A stretch of 63,347 bases of DNA, counting the filler, from Octopus bimaculoides (taxonomy: Eukaryota), in the NCBI RefSeq assembly GCF_001194135.2. It is 7 parts of 6 records of this genome, joined end to end, with 100 filler letters (N's around TTAATTAATTAA, not from the genome) between each part and the next. Parts side by side here need not be neighbours in the genome. Positions count along the whole stretch, not along the records: positions 48,069 to 62,118 come from NC_068982.1; positions 62,219 to 63,347 come from NC_069000.1; 5 more parts are not named here. One strand, 5' to 3'. Numbering within the stretch: the stretch's first letter is position 1; each line of letters opens with the position of its first letter. This document shows positions 51,907 through 63,347 of this stretch, one piece after another. The translations under genes were made by a program, and so were the position numbers. The notes under the pieces were generated by a model. The model was given only the letters and a program-made list of their open reading frames with translations, was not told the DNA's origin and made no database searches.

Positions 51907-54900
51907 TAGCAAACTTACCCATCTACAATGGGTGATAAGAGCAGGGTGCAAATCGAAACAATTTCAGTTGTAATGTACTTATTTTGATTCATTATATTTG
52001 ATAGTGCCAAACTATATAGTGTACCTTATTCAACAATATATATGTACACATTTACATAGCACATTCATGGTGCTGTCTTTACAATATTCTCCGTTTGTCC
52101 AGAACTAAGTTTTAAAGTAGTTGAATCCGTCGCCCTACTCATCAAGACATACAACTGGCCGTGCATAAACATGGGATAGGGCAGAAACGCGATCCAAAGT
52201 CTGGCCCTGAGACTTGTTGGCTGTAAAGGAGAAGGCTAATTTGATGGGAAACTGCCTGCGTCGTAATTGAAAAGGAAACTGATTATCTGAAGGAATCAGA
52301 TGTATCCGAGGTGTAAATAGACGTTTGCCAGTGTGAAGATCAGTTGCTATCACTGCTTCGATGACATGAGAGTTAAATTCTGTAACAGTGTATCTTGTTC
52401 CGTTGCAATGCCCATTAGCTGGGTCAAAATTCCAAAGCAGCATAGTCGGACAACCCTTCTTCAAAGTTATTTTGTGTACTCGTAGTCCTGATGGATTTAA
52501 GTTGTTCAGAAAATCTTGCGGATATTGATGGTACTTTTCATCGTCTACAGTGTCTGAACTTATATAATCAAGAGTTTGCCAGGAGAAAGTCGGGAATATC
52601 TAAGTTCATTTACGCTGTTGACGACATCATTGGTTGAAGCAATAACAGCTCGTAAATATAACCATGACGGATTCGTATGCTCTTCGCCTAAACCATCAAA
52701 GACAGATTTGCGCATTTCAGAAATAGAACTTACTTAGACAAACTCAGGCCGGATTTGAATTGTGTTTTTATGAGGTTCAATATACATACAGTTTCTAGAT
52801 CTGGTGTCGCTTAGATAGGAAGCAAATGTCGCATCAGAGGAATTGCGAATTCGCATGTTTATTGATAGTTTCAATTTTGTGACAGACTTCCAGATGTATG
52901 ATGTCTTCAAGGTTAAGTTGACTATCTGAAGTCGACTTCCACGCTTGACAACTGGAAGAATTTGCTTCCAGTCGCCAACAAACAGAATGCATATTCATCC
53001 AAACAGATCTTTACACTTCCTGATTTTGCGAAAGGAACGATCCAAGCATTCGAATAGAAGTTTATCACCTTGGATGACTTCATCGACTATCAACAGGTCA
53101 ATCATCCTGAAGAGTTTTGCGGTTGCATCCTGTTCGGATATTTAGCAAGTAGACTCTGGCGTGATGCTGATAGAATTTTGCAGCAAGAGTGGAGGGTTCG
53201 ACCATTATGTAGCAAGGTAGCTGCAATTCCTGAAAGAGCAGTAGTGAGTACGATTTTTTTCTCTCCGATCGTAGAAAATCTACTATCGCATTCATGAAAT
53301 ATGTTTTCCCAGTTCCACCACTTGTACTCAGGGCAAAAATCTTGTTTTCAGTGTTTTTACTGATAACCGCATTTATTACCGTATCATACACGTCTTTGCT
53401 CTATGTTCAACGTATCATACACCTCGGCAGACGATCTTCTCAGGCTATCAGTATCGAAGTCAACTTCTTCGGAAATAATTTTTGATATCGGATCGGGCGA
53501 CACGCCATAATCAGGTTTTGGTAGCTGGAAATTTTTCACCAGATCAAGCTCATCTCTCTGAAGATGCTCTTGCAGACGAATCAATACTTCGTTTTCAATG
53601 CAAGGATTAAGCTGGTTGACATTATTCTGATGCATGAGATCATGTGCTAATTCAAGTTTCCATTCTTCCCAAAAGGATCGAGGATCAGGCGGCCTGTAAT
53701 ATATCAACATGGTGGCAACAAACTCTCTAAGTGAATCACCAATACGAATACTTGCAGTTTCTTCCATTGCACAGCGTATTTCTCGATCATCGGATATGAG
53801 CCCACGTCTTAGGCATGCTTCTTGAAATGTTGGACAAACATTTCCATCTGCCGATTTCAAGTCATCAAAACTAGTTGCACCTGTTACATTGTGGAGTAAT
53901 ATTCGGAGATGAAAGAGTTCAGACTGGTGTGCGCTCAGTGAAATGGTTGGGATTCGTCCAATGGTATCAGTTTTCATATCTCCTGCATCATCTCTCTTGC
54001 CTCACTTTCTCCTTTGCCAAGACTTGTTTTTACTGTTCCATGTGTAGAACTTCGGAAAGTATTGGTATAATACCTGTCAAGCCTTTTCATCAATTTTGTT
54101 CTCGGTGGTCCTTTTTGCACAGCCTGGTTCACAGAATCATCGTCAAGTAGTACCAACTACTCGCCAGGAAAATGATACGGAAGCTTCTCAACTCTAGGAT
54201 TCCGATGGTGTATGAAGAATCCATACAACTTTCCAAAATGCCTCGCTTGCAGAGATGTATCGATCATTCACAAAGTTTTCAATTTCATTAATGACTATGA
54301 TTTCCTGACCACCATCAGTAGTAAAAATGAGTCTGTCTTGATCTTTCGTTATGAATTTGTATAAATACTTAACTGCCTAGACGGAGTGCATGACTTCTAC
54401 GTTGATGTGAGTATCGTATTTCAACGTCAGGTAGAGATTATATGGTACTATCCACGAATTATCAACCTGAAAATGGAATAAAGATCTTAAGTGGATTCAA
54501 CATATAAGTTGATTTCCTCTCGTCATGTTATTGGTATTCGCATACAGGTAATGACAAAATCTGTGATAATAAATGATACCACAAAATCTATCTGATCACC
54601 CTGACGTGTGAGCAGCTTCTGGTGTGTCAGCCTGCCGTCTGATGGACTTCTCCGATACGTGGGGTAGCTGCCTTTCGGGATGACGGTTGAATGCTGGAAC
54701 GGCTTCGGAAAATCCTTTGTTCAATGTGCTTCATCCTTACCAGCTTCCACACATGGAGTTGATTTGTTAGTAGAATCACAGGGATCATGTATATTGTGCG
54801 CCATTATGGCCTTGAATAACTGTGGTTTTTTATTTTTTATCAGGAATGTTTGCACCAACTACTTTGTCGATGATTTCTGGTAGGGAAGGCTTGTGTTGAG

Positions 54901-56640
54901 GAGCCATTATAAGCAGTATATGTGCATGTGTAAGTCCACGTTTCTGCCATTCAATGGTGAGTATGTGGACGATAACTTTCCCCAATACATGTTTTTTCAG
55001 AAGATCGTCAAGACGTGCATCGAGCTTCGTTTTAAACACTCTAGCTAAAATGTCGGGACGGTCCTCGGGGCGCTCACCTAGAAATAACGCTCTGAATCTC
55101 TGGCCACCTTGGATTTGTCGTGAAAGTAATAAAGTAGTCTGGCTTTCCCATTGCTCTGACTCTAGCCATGGCACTTTGAAAGGCTTCATTGCAAAATCTT
55201 GGACTATGTGTGATGGTCGGTGGGAGAATGATTCTTCTTCCAAGTGTCATTGAATCATTTTGATGTATGGCATCAAACAATCCTGAATACTTTTCTGCTC
55301 CATCGTAGTTTGATTTCGTTCAACCCACTGAAGCATGCTTCGTTCAGCTTTCGCCCATTGATCTAATGCATATTGCTGCAAGAGCCTTCTACTTCGCATC
55401 ACATGGTTATTCGAATCTATTCTTACTTGAAGCTGATAAGCATAGAAATTCATTGCTGTCAATGTTTGTCCATTTGTTTTCTTCAAATTCAGCTGCCAGC
55501 CATCAGTTCCTTCTGGAAACAACAGGACAGTGTAGCGGATCATAAGATCGACGAAGTGAGTTAATGCGTTTGTACGGTGTATTCTGACAGTGGATGGTGA
55601 CATCCAAAGGATCTTTAAAATTACCAGGAACCAACGCTGCAACTTCAGAATTCATGGGTAGGTTATATTGTCTACAATGTTCATTGGACGGTTTTGATCT
55701 TTTATCGTGATGTAAAATGATCGAAAGATTTTCAGTTTTTGACAAACCTATAGCTGCTTGAAAAGATGGAACGTAAGGATTAACTTGACGAATATAATTT
55801 TGTAGATCAGTTACTATATCTGGATCTAACTGATCCATGTTCTCCATACGATTTCTAGTCTCATAATCTGTATTGTAGAAGTAAAGCTGAGCAGTAGTTG
55901 GCGATTGACCATCGTTTGGCAGTAAATTTCCAATTGTATGATGAATTTTACCATGTATTTTGACTGTTGGATTAAATCTACTTAACGAAATATCAATTTG
56001 CATCCAATTGAAGCAACTGCAAGTGCATTGTTGCATGATTGAATTTTTGTTATAAATCTTCTATTGCCCCAAAATTTCAGAATATCATCTGATAAATTCG
56101 GAATAGGCTCAACTTTAACTTTCTCTTTTTCACAGTATAGGGATGCGGGCATACATAATCTCCAAAACTGCCACAGCTGTGAGACCGGTGTGATACTGGG
56201 ATCTTATTTTCGTCAAAATCATCTTGCACTGCAATTAAGTTATAATCTGTGATCATTTCATCGATTTCACTATCCATGAGGGAAATATTTTGTAACTCGT
56301 CATCTTCGACTTGCAATTGCGCTTGCCTAGCATGCAGTCGTGCTCCAGTGTTATAGCTTTGTTCGGTAGCTCTAACTATAGGATTTTCCTCTTGTTCTGC
56401 ATCTCTGACTGCCGGATTTAGCCTACGTGATCGACGTGCTGCAGTATTTCTTTGTTGCTCAGAGTCTCTCACTTCCATATTTTGGCGCTTTGCACTCCGT
56501 GCTTCTGTATCTCTTTCTTGTTCGGCTTGTCTCTACGCTTCGTCCGACCGAGTCCGACGAGTAGAAGCAGTATTTCTTGTTTTTCTCCCAATTGACGACT
56601 TCCATTTCCGTGTCATGATCTGACACGCATATCATGTCAT
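51907..56640 (-). mobile_element. Near full-length decayed autonomous Helitron (RepHel pseudogene) with intact 3' end
   Basis: N-terminal E/R/Q repeats; KIHGKIHHTIG; RRLLQQY; Rep motifs YFITFTTNPRWPEI, IEWQKRGLTHAHILL, KYLYKFITK; helicase SGGTGKT, RRQFPIKLAFSFTANKSQGQT; hairpin ACCCAT-TGTAG-ATGGGT 7 nt before CTAG|T. Confidence 0.96.
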
Positions 56641-56986
56641 TCGCTGTTTAATATATCGTAGTATGATACATAGTAGGGAACGTTACCAGAGCAAAAGTCC
56701 TAAGTGTTGACTGTAGACACACTTCTTCGCAAATGATCAGCTGTTATTTTGTAAACAATGTTTCGAAACTGTTCATGTGTTCGAAAGGAGAGATCTGATT
56801 CTCACACTCAATGTAGGAAGCCCAGGTTGCCAAAGTTACTTCATTCGACAATAGATATTTATACATACTTCATTCGACAATTGTGGNNNNNNNNNNNNNN
56901 NNNNNNNNNNNNNNNNNNNNNNNNNNNNNNNNNNNNNNNNNNNNNNNNNNNNNNNNNNNNNNNNNNNNNNNNNNNNNNNNNNNNNN

Positions 56987-57673
56987 ACAAAGAAAATGCA
57001 CCCTAGGTATAAAAGTAATGTTTTTTTTTATAAAAACAAAGATATATACATAAAGATAAATATATATTTCATTTTTTGACTTTGAAAACCTAATCTACGT
57101 TATTTCTTGCTTAGGTTGCGGAAACCACTAAATAGGCCAAACACGAACGTCCTTCGGACGAAGAACACCGCTTCACAAAGAATAAATCCGCTTCCCACAA
57201 TATAGACAGATGCAGGTCAGTGAGCACGTAGATAGATGTGCAAGGAAACTTAAACCAAATTAATAATTTTCCCTTTTTATGAATGTTCCCAAAACACTCA
57301 GTGCAGCAAAGACTAAATAAAGAGACAACTTTCATTAATAAATATCAACAACATCTTAATACAGGACATTACTAACCTTACTAATACCAATAATTCTACT
57401 AATGCATCCCATATTACTATTCATAATCTATTTACCATATTAATCTGATTGCATCACTTTCAGATCTGCTTATCTCCCTTGCATGTAATCTTTTCACTCA
57501 AGTATTATTAGATACAATACCGTTTGGAAATCGGTGTTGATTCAAAGGCAGTGAACAGTGATAATGATTTTTATACTTCTTAATTCCACTTCAAACCATT
57601 TTTTTGTATGTATATATCTTTGTTTTTATAAAAAAAAGCCTTTACTTTTATACCTAGTGTGCATTTTCTTTGT
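56987..57673. repeat. Long inverted repeat pair (foldback or MITE-like)
   Basis: 56987-57052 is near-identical to the reverse complement of 57607-57673; left arm cut by a gap. Confidence 0.7.
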
Positions 57674-57736
57674 TTCTTTTTACTTTTCTTCTATTTATAT
57701 GACGTATAGTCTTTTTTCTTCGAAACCTGTTTCTAT

Positions 57737-57834
<98 letters not shown>

Positions 57835-59795
57835 ACGCGTGATAACGCATTCATATTGTTCTGAAAATAACTATCAATACCATCTCTTGCTTACGAAGGC
57901 GATGAAGATATACCGTATTGCATGATGGATCATACAATGTGCTCTTTCTAATTACTGACGAGAACTATACATTGTATTTATTTATATATACATTTATTTA
58001 ATTATTGGAATTTATATTTTAAATAGTCACGATGAAACGTGATTTGGTCTGAGAGGTGAATGAATCACCAAAAGCATATTGTTCAATAGAAACATAACGT
58101 TCATGTGTTGCGTGTGTGTATGAGCATGTGTTTATGTGTGTGCGTGTGTGTTTAGGTGTAGGCATACAAATGATAAAAGAAGAGAATAAAATCGATGCAT
58201 GTTCTAGAAATCAAATATTTATGTCAATACCATAGGACTTAGAACTACCAAGCTTAATAGTTCACAGACGTAAGAACATGTCAACCAAAATGACGAAATA
58301 GACGCAAGTTTTAAAGAAGGTAGGTTATCGTTTCTATATATAATTTTGGATCACATGATAGACCCTGTAGCTACAAGACTGCTAAATGACTGTCAGTTAA
58401 TGTTTTTTTTTTCTACTGTTGAACGATTCATAAACGAAGGACAACTCCAAGGCAACAAGACTTGGTGGAAAAAAGAAAATTTCAATAGATATTATAAAAC
58501 AATAATTTCTAGCAATGTCTTAAAATTAGCTAGTAGGGACCTCTGGTGGCGACAAGTAATATGAAAAATACCATTTTCCCTCTTAACTGACGAAGTAGGT
58601 GCAATATGTACAGTTTCTAGGAGACAAAAGGTGTGCGAATTTTTGCAATGCAACACTCAATGACAATCGGTCTTCTGAAATCGTGACCGCCTTACCACAG
58701 AGTGACTGCATTACAATGATCAGAAAATCATATTTGTGTATGTACGCACTGGTGTTGCATGTATNNNNNNNNNNNNNNNNNNNNNNNNNNNNNNNNNNNN
58801 NNNNNNNNNNNNNNNNNNNNNNNNNNNNNNNNNNNNNNNNNNNNNNNNNNNNNNNNNNNNNNNNNNNNNNNNNNNNNNNNNNNNNNNNNNNNNNNNNNNN
58901 NNNNNNNNNNNNNNNNNNNNNNNNNNNNNNNNNNNNNNNNNNNNNNNNNNNNNNNNNNNNNNNNNNNNNNNNNNNNNNNNNNNNNNNNNNNNNNNNNNNN
59001 NNNNNNNNNNNNNNNNNNNNNNNNNNNNNNNNNNNNNNNNNNNNNNNNNNNNNNNNNNNNNNNNNNNNNNNNNNNNNNNNNNNNNNNNNNNNNNNNNNNN
59101 NNNNNNNNNNNNNNNNNNNNNNNNNNNNNNNNNNNNNNNNNNNNNNNNNNNNNNNNNNNNNNNNNNNNNNNNNNNNNNNNNNNNNNNNNNNNNNNNNNNN
59201 NNNNNNNNNNNNNNNNNNNNNNNNNNNNNNNNNNNNNNNNNNNNNNNNNNNNNNNNNNNNNNNNNNNNNNNNNNNNNNNNNNNNNNNNNNNNNNNNNNNN
59301 NNNNNNNNNNNNNNNNNNNNNNNNNNNNNNNNNNNNNNNNNNNNNNNNNNNNNNNNNNNNNNNNNNNNNNNNNNNNNNNNNNNNNNNNNNNNNNNNNNNN
59401 NNNNNNNNNNNNNNNNNNNNNNNNNNNNNNNNNNNNNNNNNNNNNNNNNNNNNNNNNNNNNNNNNNNNNNNNNNNNNNNNNNNNNNNNNNNNNNNNNNNN
59501 NNNNNNNNNNNNNNNNNNNNNNNNNNNNNNNNNNNNNNNNNNNNNNNNNNNNNNNNNNNNNNNNNNNNNNTTGTGTAAAGGAGGTAAATAGTTCTGGATT
59601 TGGTGCAATTAGGGTAGATCTGGATTTGTAATGTGAATGGTGTATGGGATGTATGGGGATTAGTGGTATTAAATGGAAGATTAGTAGTGTTCTATATTAT
59701 GTTATGTGTTCATATTTACTTGAGGAAGATATTTATTCCTTCTTTGTTGTGTTGAGGTGTTCTGTGAACATTGATAGAAGGGAAAAATTAGGAAA

Positions 59796-60449
59796 TTAGG
59801 ATTCTATGTGGTTATTGACTATTTTAATTAGGATGTCAAGAAAAGGGAGTTGTTTACTGCTGTGTTCCATAGTGAATTGTATGTTGCTATTAATATTGTT
59901 AAGCATTATTTTGAAATCGAGGAGTTTGTCCATGCTGTCTTTCCAAAATATAAAGCAGTCGTCCAAATACCTCTTCCAGTTCTCCTTTAAATAGTAATGA
60001 AAAGAGGTGCCATATTTTTGTAATGATGAGTGATATATTTTAAGCTCGAGGTAACCCATTACAAGGTTTGCAATCATTGGCGCAGCTCGGGTTCCCATTG
60101 CAATTCCACCTCTTTGTCGATAGTAAGCTGTATCGAACATGAAATAGTTGTTCAGTAGGATGAATTTGAGTGCAGCGATTATGAATCTGTGGTTGATGCG
60201 CCCTGGGATCTATTGTGGGTATTTTTCTAGCCTATACCATAATCGTGTGGGATATTGGTGTACAAATTCACCACATCGAATGATACTAACAGGGTTCCTT
60301 CACTTATTGTCTTCGGGAGGTGGTTTAGCATATCTAAGTCATCCCTGATGAAGCTTTTCACATATTTTAGAAACGGTTTGAGTAAGATGTCGAAGAAGTT
60401 GCTCAAACGGTGGGTTTCACAAGCAGGGCCAGCAATGATGGGTCTCAGT
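59796..60449 (-). mobile_element. Penelope-like element reverse transcriptase fragment
   Basis: LRPIIAG, SFDVVNLYTNIP, YRQRGGIAMGTRAAPMIANL, WKRYLDDCF, IQFTME..LPFLDI. Confidence 0.95.
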
Positions 60450-61439
60450 NNNNNNNNNNNNNNNNNNNNNNNNNNNNNNNNNNNNNNNNNNNNNNNNNNN
60501 NNNNNNNNNNNNNNNNNNNNNNNNNNNNNNNNNNNNNNNNNNNNNNNNNNNNNNNNNNNNNNNNNNNNNNNNNNNNNNNNNNNNNNNNNNNNNNNNNNNN
60601 NNNNNNNNNNNNNNNNNNNNNNNNNNNNNNNNNNNNNNNNNNNNNNNNNNNNNNNNNNNNNNNNNNNNNNNNNNNNNNNNNNNNNNNNNNNNNNNNNNNN
60701 NNNNNNNNNNNNNNNNNNNNNNNNNNNNNNNNNNNNNNNNNNNNNNNNNNNNNNNNNNNNNNNNNNNNNNNNNNNNNNNNNNNNNNNNNNNNNNNNNNNN
60801 NNNNNNNNNNNNNNNNNNNNNNNNNNNNNNNNNNNNNNNNNNNNNNNNNNNNNNNNNNNNNNNNNNNNNNNNNNNNNNNNNNNNNNNNNNNNNNNNNNNN
60901 NNNNNNNNNNNNNNNNNNNNNNNNNNNNNNNNNNNNNNNNNNNNNNNNNNNNNNNNNNNNNNNNNNNNNNNNNNNNNNNNNNNNNNNNNNNNNNNNNNNN
61001 NNNNNNNNNNNNNNNNNNNNNNNNNNNNNNNNNNNNNNNNNNNNNNNNNNNNNNNNNNNNNNNNNNNNNNNNNNNNNNNNNNNNNNNNNNNNNNNNNNNN
61101 NNNNNNNNNNNNNNNNNNNNNNNNNNNNNNNNNNNNNNNNNNNNNNNNNNNNNNNNNNNNNNNNNNNNNNNNNNNNNNNNNNNNNNNNNNNNNNNNNNNN
61201 NNNNNNNNNNNNNNNNNNNNNNNNNNNNNNNNNNNNNNNNNNNNNNNNNNNNNNNNNNNNNNNNNNNNNNNNNNNNNNNNNNNNNNNNNNNNNNNNNNNN
61301 NNNNNNNNNNNNNNNNNNNNNNNNNNNNNNNNNNNNNNNNNNNNNNNNNNNNNNNNNNNNNNNNNNNNNNNNNNNNNNNNNNNNNNNNNNNNNNNNNNNN
61401 NNNNNNNNNNNNNNGAGAGATGCGCGCACACGCACACAC

Positions 61440-61586
61440 ACATATATGACGGTCTTCTTTCAGTTTCCGTTTATCACCCCGAGTATATAGTAGAAGGCAC
61501 TTGCTCAAGATGCTATGCAGTGGGACTGAACCCGAAACCATATAGTTGAGAAGCAAGCTTCTTACCACACAGCCACGCTTGCGCCA
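61440..61586 (-). mobile_element. SINE family A head
   Basis: Reverse complement of head and CORE-like segment. Confidence 0.8.
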
Positions 61587-62118
61587 TGTATATGTATAGC
61601 TGTAGGATCAAAATTAATCAAAGGGTATATTAAGTATGTCTACCTGCTGGAAATAACATTCAAAACTCTTATTTAAATCATCAAAATACACTGATAATAA
61701 CTACGAAATTAACCGTCCGACAATCTCCGAAAATACATTCAAGTATTTGGACTCACGTGGATCGGTTTCCGCACTAGCAAAATAGCCTCAGCTTCCTCAG
61801 CACGCATTACCTTGATAGAAACTCCCAAACCGTTGTGCTGAAGTCTGCGCTGCAACTGATTCGTTTTGCATCGAAATCATGGCAACCACCAGTGTGAAAA
61901 TAATTTCAATACGGGACAAATAATTCACAAAAAAATAATTTGCGAAGATACCATTGAATCTGTTATTATCTAATGTAACAATTTAAAAATGATAATAACA
62001 GAATCAATAAAATAGGAGGTTGGAGACCCACAAAGACTATTAAATAGCTTAAGGATTAAAATTAATCAAAGACATACCAAGTATATATATATACATACCT
62101 ACATACTGAACATACATA

Positions 62119-62218
62119 NNNNNNNNNNNNNNNNNNNNNNNNNNNNNNNNNNNNNNNNNNNNTTAATTAATTAANNNNNNNNNNNNNNNNNNNNNNNNNN
62201 NNNNNNNNNNNNNNNNNN
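62119..62218. other. Artificial scaffold-joining spacer
   Basis: 44 N + TTAATTAATTAA + 44 N. Confidence 0.97.
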
Positions 62219-62575
62219 TTATTCTTTTACTTGTTTCAGTCATTTGATTTCTGCCATGCTGGAGTACTGCCTTAAAGGGATTTAGTTGAGGAAATCGACC
62301 TCAGGATTTATTCTTTGTAAGCCTAGCATTTATTCCATCGGACTCTTTTGCCGAACCGCTAAGTTACAGGAACATAAACACACCAACATCGGTTTTCAAG
62401 TGATGGTGGGGCACAAACACAGACACAAAGACACACACCTGTTTATCAAATTCACTCACAAGGTTTTGGTCGGCCCTAGGCTATATAGTAGAAGACACTT
62501 GCCCAAAGTGCCACGCAGCGGGATTGATTCTGGAAGCATGTGGTTGGAAAGCAAGCTTCTTACCAGACCGTCACA
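62219..62575 (-). mobile_element. SINE family A with internal deletion
   Basis: Reverse-complement head joined to 3' body, internal microsatellite largely absent. Confidence 0.85.
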
Positions 62576-63306
62576 TATAAAATAATAAAGGTGGCTAGAC
62601 GCAATATAAAACCAAAATGGAAGAATTCAGCTATTACTAATAGTGACAACTACAGCATCAACGCCAGCCATATCTGCCACACCAGCAACATCCAACAAAC
62701 ACTGGAAATATTTTGAATGTGGCGACGAGTTTCATTAACATTGAGATAGCAGAACCCCCAAACATTGGGTTGACCTAATACTTTTGGCCGAAGCTGTATA
62801 TAGAATACGAGAATTTTAATGGTGATAAAGCTCCAGTACATATTACAACTGTTTTTTCGCTCGTATATGAGCTAAAGATTAATAAAATTTGGTATACGAT
62901 AAACATTTCAGATATTTGTCTTAAACATTCAGACAAATTCATAATTCAGATATATGACATGAGATATTATTCCATTTAAATAACAACATAGACATAGATG
63001 ATACAAATATAGAAATATAAGAATATAAACATAAAAAATATAACGAGTAACATGAAAATATAGTTAAGATAGATTAAAGGAGGCGATTGAAATGATCAGT
63101 CCAAATCTACGGCCGTTTCAGAAAAGTTTTAAGGGGATATAGGAAATAATCCAAATTCAACTCCTTGTATAAAAACATTCCCTTCCTCATGGTCCCTTTC
63201 TAGTGGTAAAATCCAGTAAGGCAGTACATGATGAAATTTCAGTTGGGCGTTGAGTATAGAATAGATGAATAAGAATAAATATATGACAGATAAAACCGGA
63301 CGAACC

Positions 63307-63347
<41 letters not shown>

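Noticed and set aside
58535-58556. CTCF-like motif (CCACCAGAGG on minus strand)
   Set aside because: Partial match only; expected by chance at this length
60340-60400. CTGATGA...GAAAC antisense to the PLE RT
   Set aside because: No pairing; explained by RT codons
62600-63260. Short frames near the window end (for example EPPNIGLT*YFWPKLY)
   Set aside because: Interrupted by stops, no recognisable motif

Overview
Gappy, microsatellite-rich animal DNA. The repeat families look like those of Octopus (inference from recognising the SINEs; not verified). The window is not one contiguous locus: six identical 100-bp spacers (44 N + TTAATTAATTAA + 44 N) join seven separate scaffolds. No host gene can be called with confidence; most long ORFs in the track are N-run or microsatellite artefacts. 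Non-gap sequence is mostly transposon debris: three tRNA-derived SINE families, R4/Dong-type and CRE-type non-LTR fragments, L1/Tx1-like fragments, Penelope-like element (PLE) RT and GIY-YIG pieces, a near-complete decayed Helitron plus a second Helitron fragment, and mariner, maT-like and hAT remnants. The most interesting signal is a five-copy short element made of a tRNA-like Pol III head, a variable trinucleotide spacer and a body holding a PLE-type minimal hammerhead ribozyme (HHR) fold, twice seen head-to-head. Also notable: a second HHR-like family with a long stem II, a nest of retroelements in (TAA)n arrays including a 550-bp non-coding repeat with recurrent ends, and a probable intron in the Helitron RepHel gene.
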